Assembly: GCA_965248575.1 (NCBI GenBank)
Contig: CBDFJQ010000002.1
Location: forward strand, 2,048,001-2,112,000
Length of the DNA stretch: 64,000 nucleotides
Reading direction: 5' to 3'
From: Planctomycetota bacterium
GTDB lineage: Bacteria; Planctomycetota; B15-G4
Below are positions 8,566-18,549 of this stretch, piece by piece. Position 1 is the first letter of the stretch; every line of letters begins with the position of its first letter. Below the pieces are notes generated by a model that did no database searches, was not told where the DNA came from, and saw nothing but the letters and a program-made list of their open reading frames with translations. The translations under genes were made by a program, and so were the position numbers.

Positions 8566-10257
8566 GTGGACATCCTCAGCTGGACCTACGTCACCGTCGG
8601 CCTGTCCTTCGCGCTCTACATCGGCATCGCCTTCTGGGCGCGGGCCCAAAGCACCAAGGGTTTCTACGTCGCCGGCCAAGGCGTGCCGGCGTTGGCGAAC
8701 GGCATGGCCACGGGTGCCGATTGGATGTCAGCCGCCTCCTTCATCTCCATGGCGGGCCTGATCTCGTTCATGGGCTACACGGGCACCGTGTACCTCATGG
8801 GTTGGACCGGTGGCTATGTGCTCCTGGCCCTGCTGCTCGCTCCCTACCTGCGCAAGTTCGGGCGCTTCACCGTTCCTGATTTCGTGGGCACCCGCTACGA
8901 ATCGAACGGCGCCCGGGTGGTGGCCGTCGTCTGCGCGCTCTTCGTGTCCTTCACCTATGTCTCCGGACAGATGCGCGGGGTGGGGGTCGTCTTCTCGCGC
9001 TTCCTCGAAGTCCCCGTGAACACCGGCGTGATCATCGGCATGGCCTTGGTCTTCGTCTACGCGACCCTGGGCGGCATGCGCGGCATCACCTACACCCAGG
9101 TGGCGCAGTACGTGGTGTTGATCATCGCCTACCTGATACCGGCCGTCGCCATCAGCTGGACCCTGACGGGCAACCCCATTCCGCAACTCGGGTTCGGCGA
9201 CACCTTGCAAGACGGTCGGCACGCTGGGCTCTTCCTGCTGGAAGCCTTGGATGGCATCCACCACGACCTGGGCCTGCCGGAGTACACGGCTGCCTTCGTG
9301 GAGGGCAAGAAGAGCATGGTGGACGTGGGCGCCATCACCCTGGCCTTGATGGTGGGGACTGCGGGGCTGCCGCACGTGCTCATCCGCTTCTACACGGTGA
9401 AGAACGCCCGGGCCGCGCGCTGGAGCGTCATGTGGGCCCTGCTGTTCATCAGCGTGCTCTACACCACGGCCCCCGCCGTGGCCGCCTTCGCCCGGGTGAA
9501 CCTGGTGGACAGTCTGCACGGCAAGGCCTATGCCGAGGTGCCGGACTGGTTCAAGACCTGGGAGGCCACGGAGCTGATCGCCTTCGAAGACAAGGACGGC
9601 GACGGCCTCATCACCTACAGCGGTGACGACTCGCTGAACGAATTGCACGTGGACCGGGACATCATGGTCCTGGCCAATCCGGAGATCGCGCGCCTGCCCG
9701 CCTGGGTCGTGGCACTGGTGGTGGCAGGCGCGTTGGCGGCCGCCCTCTCGACTGCGGCGGGCCTCCTGCTGGTGATCTCCTCGGCGATCTCCCACGACCT
9801 CATCAAGTCCATCTGGGCCCCTGACCTCAGCGAGCGCGATGAGCTGCGCATCGCCCGTTGGGCAGCCGGGTGCGCGGTGGTGGTGGCCGGCATCGTGGGT
9901 ATCTATCCGCCCGGCTTCGTGGCCCAGGTGGTCGCGTTCGCCTTCGGTCTGGCGGCCTCGAGTTTCTTCCCCGTGCTCGTGCTGGGCATCTTCAATCGGC
10001 GCGTCAACAAACAGGGCGCCATCGCCGGCATGCTCAGCGGCTTGCTCTTCACCGCCGGCTACATCGTCTGGTTCCGCTTCGTGCAGCCGGAAGCAGGCGC
10101 CGATCAATGGTGGTTCGGCATCAGCCCGGAGGGCATCGGCTCCCTGGGCATGCTGCTCAACTTCGCCGTGACCCTGAGCGTCAGCGCCATCACGCCGCCG
10201 CCTTCGGCAGAGGTTCGCGCCATGGTGGAAGAGCTGCGCTTGCCGCGCACCTCCTAG
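8566..10257 (+). CDS. Sodium:solute symporter, ActP-related
   Basis: NGMATGADWMSAASFISMAG, PYLRKFGRFTVPDF and GTAGLPHVLIRFYTV motifs; many TM segments. Confidence 0.9.
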   Translation: MDILSWTYVTVGLSFALYIGIAFWARAQSTKGFYVAGQGVPALANGMATGADWMSAASFISMAGLISFMGYTGTVYLMGWTGGYVLLALLLAPYLRKFGRFTVPDFVGTRYESNGARVVAVVCALFVSFTYVSGQMRGVGVVFSRFLEVPVNTGVIIGMALVFVYATLGGMRGITYTQVAQYVVLIIAYLIPAVAISWTLTGNPIPQLGFGDTLQDGRHAGLFLLEALDGIHHDLGLPEYTAAFVEGKKSMVDVGAITLALMVGTAGLPHVLIRFYTVKNARAARWSVMWALLFISVLYTTAPAVAAFARVNLVDSLHGKAYAEVPDWFKTWEATELIAFEDKDGDGLITYSGDDSLNELHVDRDIMVLANPEIARLPAWVVALVVAGALAAALSTAAGLLLVISSAISHDLIKSIWAPDLSERDELRIARWAAGCAVVVAGIVGIYPPGFVAQVVAFAFGLAASSFFPVLVLGIFNRRVNKQGAIAGMLSGLLFTAGYIVWFRFVQPEAGADQWWFGISPEGIGSLGMLLNFAVTLSVSAITPPPSAEVRAMVEELRLPRTS

Positions 10258-10300
10258 GGCACTGCAGCAGCTGCTCGGGAGTGGGCTCCGGGGGCGTCCT

Positions 10301-11710
10301 TCAGAGCGGCAACACCCAGACGTTCCGATAGCTCACGGCATCCCCATGATCCTGGAGCAGCAGCGGGCCCCGTGCCGCTTCAAGTTCCGACACGCCCCCC
10401 GCCGTGCTGCGATCCACCACGACATCGTCATGGATCAGCAAACCGTTGTGCCACACCCGGAGTTTCGCAGACGCCGTCTTCGATCCATCGTTTGCGAAGC
10501 GCGGGGCCGTGAAGCGGATGTCATACGCCTGCCAGCGACCCGGAGGGCGACAGGCTTGGACCCGCGGCACGTGCAGACCGTAGATGGCCCCGCAGGTGTT
10601 GGCCTGCGGTTCCTGTTGGAAGGAATCCAGCACCTGCACCTCGTAACGCCCCTGGATGTAGACGCCGCTGTTCCCGCGGGCCTGGCCCACGTCCCCCTCC
10701 TCCAAGGGGGTCCTGAACTCCACGTGCACGAGGGCGTCCCCGAAGCTATCGAGCGAGAGGGCGTCGCCAGCGCCCGGGGTCAGCCCCGCCGCCCCCTCGT
10801 CCACCCGGCGCCAGGACGCAGCAACTGCCCCGCGTCCGGTCCACGAACCCGGGACGACCTGGCCCGCGGAGTCGATCAGCTGAACAGCCCTTTCCGGGGG
10901 CGGAGCCGCGAGGTCGGGCCCGTCGATGGCCCAGGCCAGGCTGCCCAGGACATGCTCGAGATAGGCGGTGTCTTGCCAAAGCTGCTCGCCGTGCCCCAAG
11001 GCGGAATAGAAGACGCGCCCGAGACCGTAGTCCCGCCACCACGCCACGGGATAGCGACCGTCTGCGCGCTTGCCGAGCGATGCCTGCACGGAGTCCGTGT
11101 CGAGTTCGAGCACGACGCGCAGGGCATCCCCCTCGTTGTCCCGGAACTGGTAGATCTCATCTCGGATCCCCCAGCTCGCCCCCAGATGACTGCTGGCCGG
11201 GTGCAGCGGGTCGAGCACCCGCAGCTTCACGTCCTGATGCCACGGATGTCCGTCGAAGGTCCCTCCCACCATCTCCAGGTAGGGCGGAAACTCGTAGAAG
11301 GTGTCGCTGGCACAGTGCAGCCCCACGAAGGCTCCGCCCATGCGCACCCAAGCCAGGAGCGCTTCGCGGTCTTCAGCGGCAACGGGCAACTCCCCGGTTG
11401 TGTAGAAGACCACGGCATCGAAGTCCGCCAGCCCTTCGGCCGTGAGCAGCCCGCAATCCTGGGAGGCCGTCAGCTCGAACTGTCCGTCGGCCGCAGCCCG
11501 CAGCGCCGCTTCTGCCGTGGACAAGGTCGAGGGCTCCGGCCGTTGGACCACGCCGTGGCGGTAGCCGGCCGAATGGGTCAGGAAGAGCACCTGGGGACGA
11601 TCACCGGGACGAGCGCCGCCCTCAGCTGAGAGCTGCTCTCCTTCCGGAACGAGCTCCTGAGCAGCAACCGGCAAACAGAGACAAAGGCCCATCAAGACCG
11701 CGAGCAGCAT
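10301..11710 (-). CDS. Secreted ThuA-like domain fused to DUF1080 (3-keto-disaccharide hydrolase-like) domain
   Basis: Signal peptide from ATG 11710; ThuA-like HSAGYRH, FVGLHCASDT, DEIYQF, GRVFYSALGH; DUF1080 GNSGVY..GRYEVQVLDS and LLLQDHGDAVSYRNVW. Confidence 0.85.
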   Translation of the reverse strand: MLLAVLMGLCLCLPVAAQELVPEGEQLSAEGGARPGDRPQVLFLTHSAGYRHGVVQRPEPSTLSTAEAALRAAADGQFELTASQDCGLLTAEGLADFDAVVFYTTGELPVAAEDREALLAWVRMGGAFVGLHCASDTFYEFPPYLEMVGGTFDGHPWHQDVKLRVLDPLHPASSHLGASWGIRDEIYQFRDNEGDALRVVLELDTDSVQASLGKRADGRYPVAWWRDYGLGRVFYSALGHGEQLWQDTAYLEHVLGSLAWAIDGPDLAAPPPERAVQLIDSAGQVVPGSWTGRGAVAASWRRVDEGAAGLTPGAGDALSLDSFGDALVHVEFRTPLEEGDVGQARGNSGVYIQGRYEVQVLDSFQQEPQANTCGAIYGLHVPRVQACRPPGRWQAYDIRFTAPRFANDGSKTASAKLRVWHNGLLIHDDVVVDRSTAGGVSELEAARGPLLLQDHGDAVSYRNVWVLPL

Positions 11711-11906
11711 GGAGTGCGTCCGCCTAAGGGGTTCGAGCCGCGGGGCCACGGTGCCCGCCTGCCGACCCCGTGAGGCTAGCAACAGGCCCCCGATCCTGCT
11801 CAGCCCCGGAGGAGCCCCCTGGGCCGCCGTAAAAGCGTTTCTGAAAAGACACGCAAAGACCTGTTTCCGGCGCTGCTCCCCCGTGTAGACTCCTCCGTTC
11901 GCGCAA

Positions 11907-11940
11907 CGCATATTATTCACGGGTATGTGCATACCATGAG
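11907..11940 (+). promoter_or_regulatory. Candidate tandem ARG-box-like operator at argG
   Basis: CGCAT-att-ATTCA (11907-11919) and TGCAT-acc-ATGAG (11928-11940) are 21 bp apart; palindrome GGTATG-TG-CATACC at 11922-11935. Spacer is 3 nt rather than the canonical 4. Confidence 0.35.
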
Positions 11941-13180
11941 CAAGCAAAACAAGCAGATCATCACCCTGGCCTTCTCTGGCGGGCTCGACACCTCCTTCTG
12001 TGCCGCATGGCTTCAACAGGAGCGAGACGCCGACGTCGTCACTTGCTGTGTGGACACCGGAGGCTTCGGGGGCGAGGAAGAGCTGGCCGCCATCGAGGAC
12101 CGCGCCCTCTCTCTGGGAGCCGTGGCGCATCACACGGTCGATGCTCGCCAGGTGGTCTACGAGCGTTTCGTCAGCTACATCATCAAGGGCAACGTCTTGC
12201 GCGGCGGGGTGTACCCGGTGAGCGTCGCCGCAGAGCGCACCGCGCAGGCAGAAGCCGTGGTGGACATCGCCCGCCAGGTCGGTGCGCAGGGTGTGGCCCA
12301 CGGCAGCACGGGGGCCGGCAATGATCAGGTGCGCTTCGACATCGCTCTCGCCACTCTTGCCCCCGAGCTTGCCATCCACGCACCCATCCGCGAACTGGCC
12401 ATGTCACGCGAGCAGGAATCCACCTGGCTCATCGAACACGGTTTCCCCGTCGACGAGAAGGTGATCGCCTACTCCTTCAATGAGGGCCTCTTCGGAACCA
12501 CCATCGGAGGCACCGAAACCCACGATGGTTGGGCCATGCCGCCGGAGAGCGCGTACACCATCACCCGCCCCCAGGAAACGGCAGCCGACACGGCAGAGGA
12601 AGTGGTGCTCGGCTTCGAGCAGGGCTTGCCCGTGAGCCTGGACGGCGAGCGGCTCGGCGGTGTGCAGCTGGTGGGCGCCCTCAACGCCCGCTGCGCAGCC
12701 CACGGCGTGGGCCGGGGCATCCACGTCGGCGACACGATCCTCGGAGTCAAAGGGCGCATCGCCTTCGAAGCGCCAGCCCCCTTGGTGCTCATCACGGCGC
12801 ACCGCGAACTGCAGAAGCTCGTGAGCACCAAGTGGCAGAGCATGGGCTGTGAGCAGGCTGGCTCCAGCTACGGCATGCTGTTGCACGAGGGCCTCTACTA
12901 CGACCCCGCCGTGAGGGACCTTGAAGCCTTGCTGGACAGCGCCAACACCCGGGTCACGGGCGAGGTTCGCGTGCGACTCTTCAAGGGCATGCACACCGTG
13001 GTCGGCGCACGCTCCCCCCACTCCCTGCTTGGCAAGGGCGCCACCTACGGCGAAGGCGCCCTGGGTTGGGATGGCGCCGAGGCCGCCGGCTTCGCCAAGC
13101 TGCACGGCATGCAATCCACCCTGGCCATGCAAGCTCACCAAGCGACCACCGTCGCCCCCCTTCAGGAATCCGAATCATGA
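11936..13180 (+). CDS. argG: Argininosuccinate synthase
   Basis: LAFSGGLDTS, AHGSTGAGNDQVRF, HGVGRGIHVGDTILGVKGRIAFEAP. Confidence 0.95.
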   Translation: MSKQNKQIITLAFSGGLDTSFCAAWLQQERDADVVTCCVDTGGFGGEEELAAIEDRALSLGAVAHHTVDARQVVYERFVSYIIKGNVLRGGVYPVSVAAERTAQAEAVVDIARQVGAQGVAHGSTGAGNDQVRFDIALATLAPELAIHAPIRELAMSREQESTWLIEHGFPVDEKVIAYSFNEGLFGTTIGGTETHDGWAMPPESAYTITRPQETAADTAEEVVLGFEQGLPVSLDGERLGGVQLVGALNARCAAHGVGRGIHVGDTILGVKGRIAFEAPAPLVLITAHRELQKLVSTKWQSMGCEQAGSSYGMLLHEGLYYDPAVRDLEALLDSANTRVTGEVRVRLFKGMHTVVGARSPHSLLGKGATYGEGALGWDGAEAAGFAKLHGMQSTLAMQAHQATTVAPLQESES

Positions 13181-14346
13181 AGATCCGCGCCAACAAGATC
13201 GGCAGCGTCGTGCACCGGCTCGGCCTGGGGGCCGAGATCGAGATCAGCCGCATGGTGGATGCGCGCGTGGGTCAGGTCCTGGTGGTCCGGGCCCTGGGCG
13301 AGAAGGCCGTCTATGACGTGCTCGAGCTGACCAGCGGTCGCCTGGCACACATCGGCAAGGGCGACGTGATCGTCGGTGCCTTGGGCCGGCGCGATGCCTT
13401 GCGCGGCTTCGTCGGGCATGTGCCCGACAGCATCAAGGCAGGTGACACGCTCAATGTGTTGAATCTCGGTGGTGTGTTGGGCGTCGTCACCAGCGGCACC
13501 CGGGAGGTGGGCCCTCCGCTCCAGGTGGAGGTGCTGGGCATGGCCGTCCGCAACGGCCGCGGTCTCAACATTGCAGACGCTGCGCTGGGCACGGGGCCCG
13601 AAGCCCAGCAACCCGAGCGCAGTTCCGATGCCACGCCAAGACAGATCCCCCCTGTGGTGGTGGTCTCCGGAACCTGCATGAACGCCGGCAAGACCTACGC
13701 CGCCAGTGAGATCATCGCGCGCCTCACTCAGCGGGGATACGCCTGCGGGGGCATCAAGCTGACGGGCGTGGCCGCCCTGCGCGACACCCTCAACATGGCT
13801 GACCACGGAGCCGTCGCCACCGCCTCCTTCGTGGACTGCGGGATCCCTTCCACGGCCGGCTACGACGACATGCCATCCATCGGCCGGCAACTGCTGCACT
13901 CGCTGGGTGCTGACACCAACACGGAGCTGGACGTGATCGTCGCGGAGCTGGGCGACGGGCTGATCGGTTCCTATGGCGTCGATGCACTGTTGGGCGATGA
14001 CGAGTTCCGGTCCGCCATCAAGGCGCACGTCCTGTGCGCCTCGGATCTCGTGGCGGCCTGGGGCGGGATAGGCTGGATGAAGGAGCAAGGCTTGGCGGTG
14101 GATCTGATCGCGGGGCCTGCCACCGACAATGAAGTGGGGGTGGAGCACATCCGCAACGGCATGGGTGTGCCCGCCATCAACGCCCGTCTGGACCCAAATG
14201 CCCTGGTAGACCTCGTGGAGAAGGTGGCCTTCTCAGGCGCCGGTCCAGCAGCGGCTTCGGCAGCGACCCAGGCGACGGCCAACTCCCCAACCGACAACAC
14301 GTCGAAGACCTCCCACGACGTTTCCGCCGACGGAGCCTCGGCATGA
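13177..14346 (+). CDS. DUF1611/DgcN-like P-loop protein embedded in the arg operon; function unknown
   Basis: Walker-A-like SGTCMNAGKT, KLTGVAALRD, FVDCGIPST, IVAELGDG; ATGA overlaps with both argG and argC. Confidence 0.7.
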   Translation: MKIRANKIGSVVHRLGLGAEIEISRMVDARVGQVLVVRALGEKAVYDVLELTSGRLAHIGKGDVIVGALGRRDALRGFVGHVPDSIKAGDTLNVLNLGGVLGVVTSGTREVGPPLQVEVLGMAVRNGRGLNIADAALGTGPEAQQPERSSDATPRQIPPVVVVSGTCMNAGKTYAASEIIARLTQRGYACGGIKLTGVAALRDTLNMADHGAVATASFVDCGIPSTAGYDDMPSIGRQLLHSLGADTNTELDVIVAELGDGLIGSYGVDALLGDDEFRSAIKAHVLCASDLVAAWGGIGWMKEQGLAVDLIAGPATDNEVGVEHIRNGMGVPAINARLDPNALVDLVEKVAFSGAGPAAASAATQATANSPTDNTSKTSHDVSADGASA

Positions 14347-15377
14347 TTCGTGCGGCCATCGTCGGCGGCACCGGGTATGGCGGCATGGAGCTGCTGCGCC
14401 TGTTGCTCACCCACCCGGAGGTGGAGATCGGCGCCATCACCAGCCGGACCCGGACGGGCCTGGTGGCCGACAGCCATCCCCACTTACGCGGACTGACCGA
14501 CTTGTCGTTCAGCGCAGGCCGGGCCACGGAGCTCGCGGTAAAGCACGACGTGCTCTTCTTTGCCACGCCCCATGGAGTCTGCGCGAAGGAAGCCCCTGAC
14601 GTGCTGGCGGTCAACGATCACGTACGCGTGATCGACCTGTCCGGAGACCACCGCCTCGATTCTGCCGAGGCCTATGAAACCCACTATGGAAAGCCCCACC
14701 CGCATCCCGAGTCCATGGATCGCGCGGTGTACGGCAGCCCTGAGTGTGGGGCCCGCGAGCTCCTGCGCGGCGCGCGCCTGGTGGCCAACCCCGGCTGCCA
14801 TGCCTACGCGTCCTTGATCGCCCTCTGGCCTCTCTATCGTGAGGGCTTCGTCACCGGCCGGGCGAGTGTCTGCAGCGTCACCGGCTCCTCTGGTTCCGGG
14901 GCCAACCCCAGTGCTGGCACGCACCACCCCGAGCGCTTCGGCAACTTCAAGGCCTACAAGCCCCTGCAGCATCAGCACCTGCCTGAGATCCTGCTGGCGC
15001 TGGACGCTGCGTCTGACGGCGAGCCGGCAGTGGTGGACTTCGTGCCCCACAGTGCCCCCATCGCGCGCGGCATCCACGTCACGGCCTTCGTGCCCGTGGC
15101 GCCGGGGCGCGAAGCAGCCGCCATCGACACCCTGCATGCGGCCTACAAGGACGAGCCCTTTGTGCGGCTGCTGCCCAGCGGCACACCCCAGGTGCGCGCC
15201 GTAGCCGGCAGCAACTTCGTGGATTTGGCGGCAACCCCCGGAAGGGGCGTTGTTTGTGTCACTGCAGCCATCGACAATCTCGGCAAAGGCATGGCGGGCA
15301 CCGCCGTCCAAAACATGAACCTGGTCTGCGGTCTCGACGAGACGGCGGGCCTCCGCTCACCGGGAACCGGCCTCTAG
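14343..15377 (+). CDS. argC: N-acylglutamyl-phosphate reductase
   Basis: IVGGTGYGG, VIDLSGDHRL, catalytic ANPGC, GSSGSG, HQHLPEI, IDNLGKGMAGTAVQNMN. Confidence 0.95.
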   Translation: MIRAAIVGGTGYGGMELLRLLLTHPEVEIGAITSRTRTGLVADSHPHLRGLTDLSFSAGRATELAVKHDVLFFATPHGVCAKEAPDVLAVNDHVRVIDLSGDHRLDSAEAYETHYGKPHPHPESMDRAVYGSPECGARELLRGARLVANPGCHAYASLIALWPLYREGFVTGRASVCSVTGSSGSGANPSAGTHHPERFGNFKAYKPLQHQHLPEILLALDAASDGEPAVVDFVPHSAPIARGIHVTAFVPVAPGREAAAIDTLHAAYKDEPFVRLLPSGTPQVRAVAGSNFVDLAATPGRGVVCVTAAIDNLGKGMAGTAVQNMNLVCGLDETAGLRSPGTGL

Positions 15378-15389
15378 CTGGCACTTGCC

Positions 15390-16589
15390 ATGACCCCAAG
15401 CACCGCCGACATCATCGCCCAGGAAGAACGCTGGCAGGTTCCGACCTACGCCCACGCCCCGGTCGCGTTGGTCTCTGGCTCCGGCTCGTACGTCGAGGAT
15501 GCCGAAGGGACCCGCTACCTGGACCTCTACGGCGGGCACTGCGTCGCCCTGGTCGGCCATAGCCACCCGCGCCTGGTGGCAGCCATCTCGGAACAGGCGG
15601 GCAAGCTGCTCTTCTACAGCAACGTCGTCTACAACGACACCCGCGCGCGGGCCGCCGAAGCGGTCACCTCCCTGGCACCCGAAGGGATGCGGCGCGTGTT
15701 CTTCGTGAACAGCGGGACCGAGGCCAATGAGGTCGCGCTGAAGATCGCACGGAAGCACACGGGGCGGCAGCAGGTGGTGTCCATGAAGGACGGCTTCCAC
15801 GGACGCACTCTCGGTTCCTTGGGCGCCACGGGCCCGGATCAGTTCCGTGACCCCAACTGGCCCGTCCCACAACAGCACACGCGCATCGAGTACGGCGACA
15901 TGGCCGCGCTGGATTCGGCGATCACCGACCAGGTGGCTGCCGTCATGCTCGAGCCCATCCCCTCCATGGGCGGCATCCGGGTCGCTCCCGACGCGTGGTT
16001 CCAGCGGCTGGCCGAGCGCTGCCGGGAGACGGGCGCCCTGCTCATCTTCGACGAAGTGCAGACGGGTTTCGGCCGCACCGGAACGCACTTCTTCGGCGAG
16101 CAGGTGGGCGTGACGCCTGACCTGATCACGGCCGCAAAGGGCATTGCCGGCGGCGTGCCTGCGGGCCTGGTGCTCGTGCGCGAGGACATCGCCGCGGGCA
16201 TGAAGCAAGGCGATCAGGGCACCACCTTCGGCGGTGGCCCCTTGGCCTCGGCCGCCATGGAGGCTGTGGTCTCGATCGTGAAGGACGAGCAGCTGGCTGC
16301 CAACGCAAGCAAGCTGTTCGCCTGGTTCCAAGACAAGGTCGCCAGCATTCAAGGCGTCGAACAGGTGGCGGGGCGTGGTCTCCTGCTGGGTATCAACCTC
16401 GACCGCACCGCGAAGCCCGTCGTGGCAGCGCTCCGCGCCCACGGCATCCTGGCCGGCACCTGCTCTGGTAACCCGAACCAGATCCGTCTGCTCGCCCCGC
16501 TGACTCTCACCATCGAGGAGGCTGAGCCCTTTGCCGAAGCCTTGCTGAGCGTTCTCGCGGCGTCCCCGGACAGCGCAGCAAGCACGTGA
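15390..16589 (+). CDS. argD: Acylornithine aminotransferase (class III PLP)
   Basis: NSGTEANE, FHGRTLG, FDEVQTGFGRTG, PDLITAAKGIAGG, GTTFGGGP. Confidence 0.9.
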   Translation: MTPSTADIIAQEERWQVPTYAHAPVALVSGSGSYVEDAEGTRYLDLYGGHCVALVGHSHPRLVAAISEQAGKLLFYSNVVYNDTRARAAEAVTSLAPEGMRRVFFVNSGTEANEVALKIARKHTGRQQVVSMKDGFHGRTLGSLGATGPDQFRDPNWPVPQQHTRIEYGDMAALDSAITDQVAAVMLEPIPSMGGIRVAPDAWFQRLAERCRETGALLIFDEVQTGFGRTGTHFFGEQVGVTPDLITAAKGIAGGVPAGLVLVREDIAAGMKQGDQGTTFGGGPLASAAMEAVVSIVKDEQLAANASKLFAWFQDKVASIQGVEQVAGRGLLLGINLDRTAKPVVAALRAHGILAGTCSGNPNQIRLLAPLTLTIEEAEPFAEALLSVLAASPDSAAST

Positions 16590-17593
16590 CCCCGAAGCAC
16601 TTCCTTTCGCTGCGCACCCTGAGTGAGCCCACCTGGAGCGAGCTGCTCTCGGTGGCAGCGTCCTTCCCGGCGCGGGAGGCTGGAAGGCCGCTGCACGGAA
16701 AGAAGCTGGGCATGTTGCTCATGGCGCCCTCCTTGCGGACGCGCACGAGTTTTGAGCTGGCCTGCGTCGACCTGGGTGCCCACTGCGTGCACCTGCCTGC
16801 AGGCGCCGGGCTCTGGGGTCTCGAACACCGCCCCGGTGTCGTCATGGATGGCCACGCCGCCGAACACGTGAAGGAAGCCATCGGTGTCCTGGGGCGGCTG
16901 CTCGACGGCATCGGACTGCGCTGCTTCGCGGAACTTCAGGATCCAGTGGTCGACGCGCTGGACGCTACGCTGCACGCCGTGGCCGAGGCCTCACCTGTGC
17001 CGATCTTGAGCCTGGAGTCGGCCATGGATCACCCCCACCAGGGTCTGGCGGACGCCCTCACGGTCCGGAGGCACACGGGCGGCCAGCGTGTGAAGATCGC
17101 GCTGCTGTGGGCGCCCCACGTCAAAGCGCTGCCCATGGCTGTTGCGCACGCTGCCGTGACGGCCTTCAGCCGCGAAGGACATGAGGTCGTCCTCGCTCAT
17201 CCCCCCGGCTTCGAGCTCTCCAACGAGGTCATGGCCGACGCCGAGGCCTTTGCCTGCCGGGCCGGTGGGTCCCTACGTGTCACCCACGATCGGCGTGAAG
17301 CCCTCGAGGGCGCCGGGATCGTCTACGCCAAGTCCTGGGGCTCTGCGACCCGCTACGGCGAACCCGATGCAGCGGCCTCTGCTCGAGCAGCCCGCCCGGA
17401 GTGGATGATCACCGCCGACGACCTCGCTCGGGGTCAGCACGCCGCCTTCATGCATTGTCTGCCCGTGCGTCGCGGTGTCGTCGTCGCAGACGAGGTCCTC
17501 GACTCTCCCGCCTCGCTCGTTCTCGATCAGGCAGCAGCCCGCCTGGACGTCCAGAAAGCCACGCTCCTCCATTGCCTTGGTGAGTCCCCATGA
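16586..17593 (+). CDS. argF': N-acylornithine carbamoyltransferase (ArgF' family, AOTCase/SOTCase type)
   Basis: SLRTR, extended loop WGLEHRPGVVMDGHAAEHVKE, HPHQ, WAPHVKALP, YAKSWG, MHCLPVRR. Confidence 0.9.
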   Translation: MTPKHFLSLRTLSEPTWSELLSVAASFPAREAGRPLHGKKLGMLLMAPSLRTRTSFELACVDLGAHCVHLPAGAGLWGLEHRPGVVMDGHAAEHVKEAIGVLGRLLDGIGLRCFAELQDPVVDALDATLHAVAEASPVPILSLESAMDHPHQGLADALTVRRHTGGQRVKIALLWAPHVKALPMAVAHAAVTAFSREGHEVVLAHPPGFELSNEVMADAEAFACRAGGSLRVTHDRREALEGAGIVYAKSWGSATRYGEPDAAASARAARPEWMITADDLARGQHAAFMHCLPVRRGVVVADEVLDSPASLVLDQAAARLDVQKATLLHCLGESP

Positions 17594-18549
17594 AGGACAT
17601 CCTCCTGCTCAAGCAGGCCCTGCCCTACCTCCGTCGCCACAAGGGCCAGATCTTCGTGGTGAAGTTGGGCGGCGAGCTGGCCGCCACGCCCGAGGCCTTG
17701 ACCTCCCTGGCTGAGGACCTGTCCCTGTTGACCCATGTGGGGATCCGCGTCGTGATCGTGCATGGCGGCGGACCCCAGGCTTCCGAGCTTTCGCGGCGCC
17801 TCGGCATGGAGCCGAACATGGTCGAAGGGCGACGGGTCACGGACGCCGACACCCTGGACGTGGCCAAAATGGTGTTTGCGGGCAAGATCAACGTCGACAT
17901 CCTGTCCGCCCTGCGCGTGCAAGGGGTGCGCGCTGTAGGCCTCTCCGGCGTCGACGCCGACATCCTCCACGCGCGCCGCCGCCTTCCCACGGAGGTGACC
18001 GACGAGTCCACGGGCGAGAAACGCATGGTGGACTTCGGTTTCGTCGGCGACGTCACCGCCGTCGATTCCCGTGTGCTCCAGCTGCTGGTCGACAATGGCT
18101 ATGTGCCGGTGCTCTCCTCGCTCTGCAGCGATGAGGACGGGAACATCCTGAACATCAACGCCGACACGGTGGCCTCCGTGCTGGCTCGCGACCTCAAGGC
18201 AGCCAAGCTCATCTCGCTGACCTCCGTGCCGGGCATCCTGCGCGACAAGGACGACCCCGACAGCCTTGTCCCCGTCCTTACCGTAAGGGGCGTGGATGCC
18301 GCCGTGGAGAGCGGCGTGATCACCGCAGGCATGAAGCCCAAGGTCAAAGCCCTGGTGGATGCCGTGCAAGGTGGCGTGAACCGTGGGCACATCCTGTCAG
18401 GCTTGGACGATGGGGCCCTGCTCCTGGAGCTGTTCACCCTGGAAGGTTGCGGCACATTGATCGTGGCCGATGACTCCGACGTCCCGGTCCATTTCCACGG
18501 GCAGCAGACCCAGAAGCCGGGCGACCGGGAGCAGGGGGCAGAGGCATGA
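17590..18549 (+). CDS. argB: N-acylglutamate kinase
   Basis: VVKLGGE, VHGGGPQ, GRRVTD, LNINAD, AGMKPKV, LLLELFT..GCGT; no GNAT domain appended. Confidence 0.95.
   Translation: MKDILLLKQALPYLRRHKGQIFVVKLGGELAATPEALTSLAEDLSLLTHVGIRVVIVHGGGPQASELSRRLGMEPNMVEGRRVTDADTLDVAKMVFAGKINVDILSALRVQGVRAVGLSGVDADILHARRRLPTEVTDESTGEKRMVDFGFVGDVTAVDSRVLQLLVDNGYVPVLSSLCSDEDGNILNINADTVASVLARDLKAAKLISLTSVPGILRDKDDPDSLVPVLTVRGVDAAVESGVITAGMKPKVKALVDAVQGGVNRGHILSGLDDGALLLELFTLEGCGTLIVADDSDVPVHFHGQQTQKPGDREQGAEA

Noticed and set aside
10301..11710. ThuA-DUF1080 fusion as a novelty
   Set aside because: This architecture is common in Planctomycetota, Bacteroidota and Verrucomicrobiota.
11711..12379. N-terminal extension of the 692-aa ORF 10301-12379
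   Set aside because: Overlaps argG antisense and its promoter; a signal peptide begins at 11710.
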